DNA of 64,000 nt. It comes from Eledone cirrhosa. Lineage: Eukaryota. Positions 58,401 to 64,000 of the stretch are shown here, piece after piece; within the stretch, counting starts at the first letter, position 1; each line of letters opens with the position of its first letter. The DNA lies in assembly GCA_964016885.1 (NCBI GenBank), contig OZ024744.1, positions 20,212,001 through 20,276,000 on the forward strand, given 5' to 3'. The position numbers and the translations under genes were made by a program. The notes beneath the pieces are model-generated. The model was given only the letters and a program-made list of their open reading frames with translations. It did not search any database and was not told the DNA's origin.

Positions 58401-61400
58401 TTGAATCTTAAGAACTGACTCGTTTTAACAACAGTTTAATCTTAAGATAAAACTCGTTTTAACAACAGTTGAATCTTAAGAACTGACTCGTTTTAAGAAC
58501 AGTTGAATGTTAAGATAAAACTCGTTTTAACAATAGTTGAATCTTAAGAACTGACTCGTTTTAACAACAGTTGAATCTTAAGATAACACTCGTTTTAACA
58601 ACAGTTGAATCTTAAGAACTGACTCGTTTTAACAACAGCTGAATCTTAAGATAAAACTCGTTTTAACAACAGTTGAATCTTATGAACTGACTCGTTTTAT
58701 CAACAGTTCAACCTTAAGAACTGACTCGTTTTAACAACACTTGAATCTTCAAATAAAACTCGTTTTAACGACAGTTGAATCTTAAGAACTGACTCGTTTT
58801 AACAACAGTTGAAACTTAAGAACTGACTCGTTTTAACACCAGTTGAATCTTAAGAACTGACTCGTTTTAACAACAGCTGATACTTAAGATAAAACTCGTT
58901 TTAACAGCAGTTGAATCTTAACAACTGACTCGTTTTAACAACAGTTCAACCTTAAGAACTGACTCGTTTTAACAACAGTTGAATCTTCAAATAAAACTCG
59001 ATTTAACAACAGTTGAATCTTAAGAACTGACTCGTTTTAACAACAGTCGAATCTTAAGATAAAACTCGTTTTAACAACAGTTGAATCTTAAGAACTGACT
59101 CATTTTAACAACAGCTGAATCTTAAGATACAACTCGTTTTAACAACAGTTGAATCTTAAGAACTGACTCGTTTTAACAACAGTTCAACCGTAAGAGCTGA
59201 CTCGTTTAACATCAGTTGAATCTTAAGATAAAACTCGTTTTAACAACAGTTGAATCTTAAGAACTGACTCGTTTTAACAACAGTTTAATCTTAAGATAAA
59301 ACTCGTTTTAACAACTGTTGAATCTTAAGATCTGACTCGTTTTAACAACAGTTGAATCTTGAAATAAAACTCGTTTTAACAACAGTTGAATCTTAAGAAC
59401 TGACTCGTTTTAACAACAGTTGAATGTTAAGATAAAACTCGTTTTAACAATAGTTGAATCTTAAGAACTGACTCGTTTTAACAACAGTTGAATCTTAAGA
59501 TAACATTCGTTTTAACAACAGTTGAATCTTAAGAACTGATTCGTTTTAACAGCAGTTGAATCTTAAGAACTGACTCGTTTTAACAACAGTTGAATCTTCA
59601 AATAAAACTCGTTTTAACAACAGTTGAATCTTAAGAACTGACTCGTTTTAACAACAGTTGAATCTGAAGATAAAATTCGTTTTAACAACAGTTGAATCTT
59701 AAGATAACATTCGTTTTAACAACAGTTGAATCTTAAGAACTGACTCGTTTTAACAGCAGTTGAATCTTAAGATAAAACTCTTTTTAACAACAGTTGAATC
59801 TTAAGAACTGACTCGTCTTAACAACAGCTGAATCTTAAGATAAAACTCGTTTTAACAACAGTTGAATCTTAAGAACTGACTCGATTTATCAACAGTTCAA
59901 CCTTAAGGACTGACTCGTTTTAACAACAGTTGAATCTTCAAATAAAACTCGTTTTAACAACAGTTGAATCTTAAGAACTGACTCGTTTTAACAACAGTTC
60001 AAACTTAAGAACTGACTCGTTTTAACAACAGTTGAATCTTATGAACTGACTCATTTTAACAACAGTTGAATCTTAAGATAACATTCGTTTTAACAACAGT
60101 TGAATCTTAAGAACTGACTCGTTTTAACAACAGTTGAATCTTAAAGATAAAACTCGTTTTAACAACAGTTGAATCTTAAGAACTGACTCGTTTCATCAAC
60201 AATTCAACCTTAAGTACTGACTCGTTTTAACAACAGTTGAATCTTAAGAACTGATTCGTTTTAACAGCAGTTGAATCTTCAAAAAAAACTCGTTTTAACA
60301 ACAGTTGAATCTTAAGAACTGACTCGTTTTAACAACAGTTGAATGTTAAGGTAAAACTCGTTTTAACAATAGTTGAATCTTAAGAACTGACTCGATTTAA
60401 CAACAGTTGAATCTTAAGATAAAACTCGTTTTAACAACAGTTGAATCTTAAGAACTGACTCGTTATAACAACAGCTGAATCTTAAGATAAAACTCGTTTT
60501 AACAACAGTTCAAACTTAAGAAATGACTCGTTTTAACAACAGTTGAATCTTATGAACTGACTCATTGTAACAACAGTTGAATCTTCAAATAAAACTCGTT
60601 TTAACAACAGTTGAATCTTAAGAACTGACTCGTTTTAACAACAGTTGAAACTTAAGAACTGACTCGTTTTAACAACAGTTGAATCTTAAGAACTGACTCG
60701 TTTTAACAACAGCTGATACTTAAGATAAAACTCGTTTTAACAGCAGATGAATCTTAACAACTGACTCGTTTTAACAACAGTTCAACCTTAAGAACTGACT
60801 CGTTTTAACAACAGTTGAATCTTCAAATAAAACTCGATTTAACAACAGTTGAATCTTAAGAACTGACTCGTTTTAACAACAGTCGAATCTTAAGATAAAA
60901 CTCGTTTTAACAACAGTTGAATCTTAAGAACTGACTCGTTTTAACAACAGCTGAATCTTAAGATACAACTCGTTTTAACAACAGTTGAATCTTAAGAACT
61001 GACTCGTTTTAACAGCAGTTCAACCGTAAGAGCTGACTCGTTTAACATCAGTTGAATCTTAAGATAAAACTCGTTTTAACAACAGTTGAATCTTAAGAAC
61101 TGACTCGTTTTAACAACAGTTTAATCTTAAGATAAAACTCGTTTTAACAACAGTTGAATCTTAAGAACTGACTCGTTTTAAGAACAGTTGAATGTTAAGA
61201 TAAAACTCGTTTTAACAATAGTTGAATCTTAAGAACTGACTCGTTTTAACAACAGTTGAATCTTAAGATAAAACTCGTTTTAACAACAGTTAAATCTTAA
61301 GAACTGACTCGTTTTAACAACAGCTGAATCTTAAGATAAAACTCGTTTTAACAACAGTTGAATCTTATGAACTGACTCGTTTTATCAACAGTTCAACCTT

Positions 61401-64000
61401 AAGAACTGACTCGTTTTAACAACACTTGAATCTTCAAATAAAACTCGATTTAACAACAGTTGAATCTTAAGAACTGACTCGTTTTAACAACAGTCGAATC
61501 TTAAGATAAAACTCGTTTTAACAACAGTTGAATCTTAAGAACTGACTCATTTTAACAACACTTGAATCTTAAGATAAAACTCGTTTTAACAACAGTTGAA
61601 TCTTAAGAACTGACTCGTTTTAACAACAGCTGAATCTTAAGATACAACTCGTTTTAACAACAGTTGAATCTTAAGAACTGACTCGTTTTAACAACAGTTC
61701 AACCGTAAGAGCTGACTCGTTTAACATCAGTTGAATCTTAAGATAAAACTCGTTTTAACAACACTTGAATCTTAAGAACTGACTCGTTTTAACAACAGTT
61801 TAATCTTAAGATAAAACTCGTTTTAACGACTGTTGAATCTTAAGATCTGACTCGTTTTAACAACAGTTGAATCTTGAAATAAAACTCGTTTTAACAACAG
61901 TTGAATCTTAAGAACTGACTCGTTTTAACAACAGTTGAATGTTAAGATTAAACTCGTTTTAACAATAGTTGAATCTTAAGAACTGACTCGTCTTAACAAC
62001 AGTTGAATCTTAAGATAACATTCGTTTTAACAACAGTTGAATCTTAAGAACTGATTCGTTTTAACAGCAGTTGAATCTTAAGATAAAACTCGTTTTAACA
62101 ACAGTTGAATCTTAAGAACTGACTCGTTTTAACAACAGCTGAATCTTAAGATAAAACTCGTTTTAACAACAGTTGAATCTTAAGAACTGACTCGATTTAT
62201 CAACAGTTCAACCTTAAGAACTGACTCGTTTTAACAACAGTTGAATCTTCAAATAAAACTCGTTTTAACAACAGTTGAATCTTAAGAACTGACTCGTTTT
62301 AACAACAGTTGAATCTGAAGATAAAATTCGTTTTAACAACAGTTGAATCTTAAGATAACATTCGTTTTAACAACAGTTGAATCTTAAGAACTGACTCGTT
62401 TTAACAGCAGTTGAATCTTAAGATAAAACTCTTTTTAACAACAGTTGAATCTTAAGAACTGACTCGTCTTAACAACAGCTGAATCTTAAGATAAAACTCG
62501 TTTTAACAACAGTTGAATCTTAAGAACTGACTCGTTTTAACAACAGTTCAAACTTAAGAACTGACTCGTTTTAACAACAGTTGAATCTTATCAACTGACT
62601 CATTTTAACAACAGTTGAATCTTAAGATAACATTCGTTTTAACAACAGTTGAATCTTAAGAACTGACTCGTTTTAACAACAGTTGAATCTTAAAGATAAA
62701 ACTCGTTTTAACAACAGTTGAATCTTAAGAACTGACTCGTTTCATCAACAATTCAACCTTAAGAACTGACTCGTTTTAACAACAGTTGAATCTTAAGAAC
62801 TGATTCGTTTTAACAGCAGTTGAATCTTCAAATAAAACTCGTTTTAACAACAGTTGAATCTTAAGAACTGACTCGTTTTAACAACAGTTGAATGTTAAGG
62901 TAAAACTCGTTTTAACAATAGTTGAATCTTAAGAACTGACTCGATTTAACAACAGTTGAATCTTAAGATAAAACTCGTTTTAACAACAGTTGAATCTTAA
63001 GAACTGACTCGTTATAACAACAGCTGAATCTTAAGATAAAACTCGTTTTAACAACAGTTCAAACTTAAGAAATGACTCGTTTTAACAACATTTGAATCTT
63101 ATGAACTGACTCATTGTAACAACAGTTGAATCTTAAGATAACATTCGTTTTAACAACAGTTCAACCTTAAGAACTGACACGTTTTAACAACAGTTGAATC
63201 TTCAAATAAAACTCGTTTTAACAACAGTTGAATCTTAAGAAAAGACTCGTTTTAACAACAGTTGAATCTTAAGATAAAACTCGTTTTAACAACAGTTGAA
63301 TCTTAAGAACTGACTCATTTTAACAACAGTTGAATCTTAAGATAAAACTCGTTTTAACAACAGTTGAATCTTAAGAACTGATTCGTTTTAACAACAGTTC
63401 AAACTTAAGAACTGACTCGTTATAACATCAGTTGAATCTTAAGATAACAATCGTTTTAACAACAGTTGAATCTTATGAACTGACTCATTTTAACAACAGT
63501 TTAATCTTAAGATAAAACTCGTTTTAACAACTGTTGAATCTTAAGAACTGACTCGTTTTAACAACAGTTGAATCTTGAAATAAAACTCGTTTTAACAACA
63601 GTTGAATCTTAAGAACTAACTCGTTTTAACAACAGTTGAATGTTAAGATAAAACTCGTTTTAACAATAGTTGAATCTTAAGAACTGACTCGTTTTAACAA
63701 CAGTTGAATCTTAAGATAACATTCGTTTTAACAACAGTTTAATCTTAAGAACTGATTCGTTTTAACAGCAGTTGAATCTTAAGATAAAACTCGTTTTAAC
63801 AACAGTTGAATCTTAAGAACTGACTCGTTTTAACAACAGTTGAATCTTATGAACTGACTCATTTTAACGACAGTTGAATCTTAAGATAACATTCGTTTTA
63901 ACAACAGTTGAATCTTAAGAACTGACTCGTTTTAACAACAGTTGAATCTTAAAGATAAAACTCGTTTTAACAACAGTTGAATCTTAAGAACTGACTCGTT
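46085..64000. repeat. Higher-order duplication, about 9.2-10.1 kb x2 (copy 2 starts about 56113 and runs off the window end)
   Basis: ACCGTAAGAGCT is at 46338/56366 (offset 10028, also for the next two occurrences). Later markers give offsets of 10096, 9892, 9484, 9280 and 9178 (for example TATCAACTGA at 53411/62589 and GAAAAGACTC at 54061/63239). Confidence 0.88.

Larger units (their letters stand above)
1..64000. repeat. 34-bp tandem satellite array (A/B 68-bp dimer; about 1,880 monomers), open at both window ends
   Basis: Every line is a variant of GTTTTAACAACAGTTGAATCTTAAGAACTGACTC (A) or GTTTTAACAACAGTTGAATCTTAAGATAAAACTC (B), both 34 nt, head-to-tail in one orientation. Occasional 32, 33 and 35-nt indel monomers occur. 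No non-repeat sequence was seen. Confidence 0.99.

Noticed and set aside
1-64000. Repeat-protein CDS (plus-strand fragments such as QQLNLKN look leucine-rich-repeat-like)
   Set aside because: The 34-nt period is not a multiple of 3, so every frame cycles into TAA or TGA within about 100 nt on both strands, and 1-nt indels are tolerated.
1-64000. Giant minus-strand ORF under the ciliate code (the minus-strand consensus has only TAA stops)
   Set aside because: Abundant variants containing plus-strand TCA (TTCAAC, CTTCAAA, ACTCATT, CATCAG) introduce minus-strand TGA, and the indels show no frame constraint.
1-64000. True CRISPR array
   Set aside because: There are no unique spacers. The variable part is a 4-6 nt dimorphism repeated hundreds of times, and there is no leader or cas gene.
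1-64000. Telomeric repeat array (TTAAG looks like TTAGG; some yeasts have long units)
   Set aside because: There is no G-rich strand. The A/B dimorphism and inherited kb-scale variant blocks indicate recombination-based amplification rather than telomerase templating.
1-64000. Transposon insertion, strand inversion or embedded unique island
   Set aside because: None was found on reading through. Even the most degenerate patches align to the monomer in the same orientation.
1-64000. Assignment to a named satellite family or species
   Set aside because: I do not recognise the monomer, and a database search would be needed.
1-64000. Pure sequencing artefact (concatemer of a 34-mer with random errors)
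   Set aside because: Variants recur in ordered, hierarchically duplicated haplotypes, which random errors would not produce. Only the copy numbers of the near-identical blocks remain uncertain.

Overview
The whole 64 kb window is one uninterrupted, single-orientation, AT-rich (~29% GC by consensus count) tandem satellite of about 1,880 copies of a 34-bp monomer. The consensus is GTTTTAACAACAGTTGAATCTTAAG[AACTGA|ATAAAA]CTC. The two main types (A = AACTGA, B = ATAAAA) mostly alternate as a 68-bp dimer, and a B-derived type C (CTTCAAATAAAAC) recurs. I found no CDS, RNA gene, transposon, unique sequence or CRISPR spacer. Rare variants reveal nested higher-order duplications: about 3.7 kb x2, 987 bp x2, 7.4-7.6 kb x2, 1,730 bp x2, 3,361 bp x3, 917 bp x2 and 9.2-10.1 kb x2. 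The variant sets also turn over in layers along the array. The monomer is almost fully tiled by short dyads, several variants keep or create perfect palindromes, and the single CpG shows TG/CA decay. The most likely identity is a eukaryotic heterochromatic or (peri)centromeric satellite, but this is inference and I cannot name the organism or family. No gene-encoded novel system is supported. Offsets were measured by hand from marker variants, and block boundaries are approximate.
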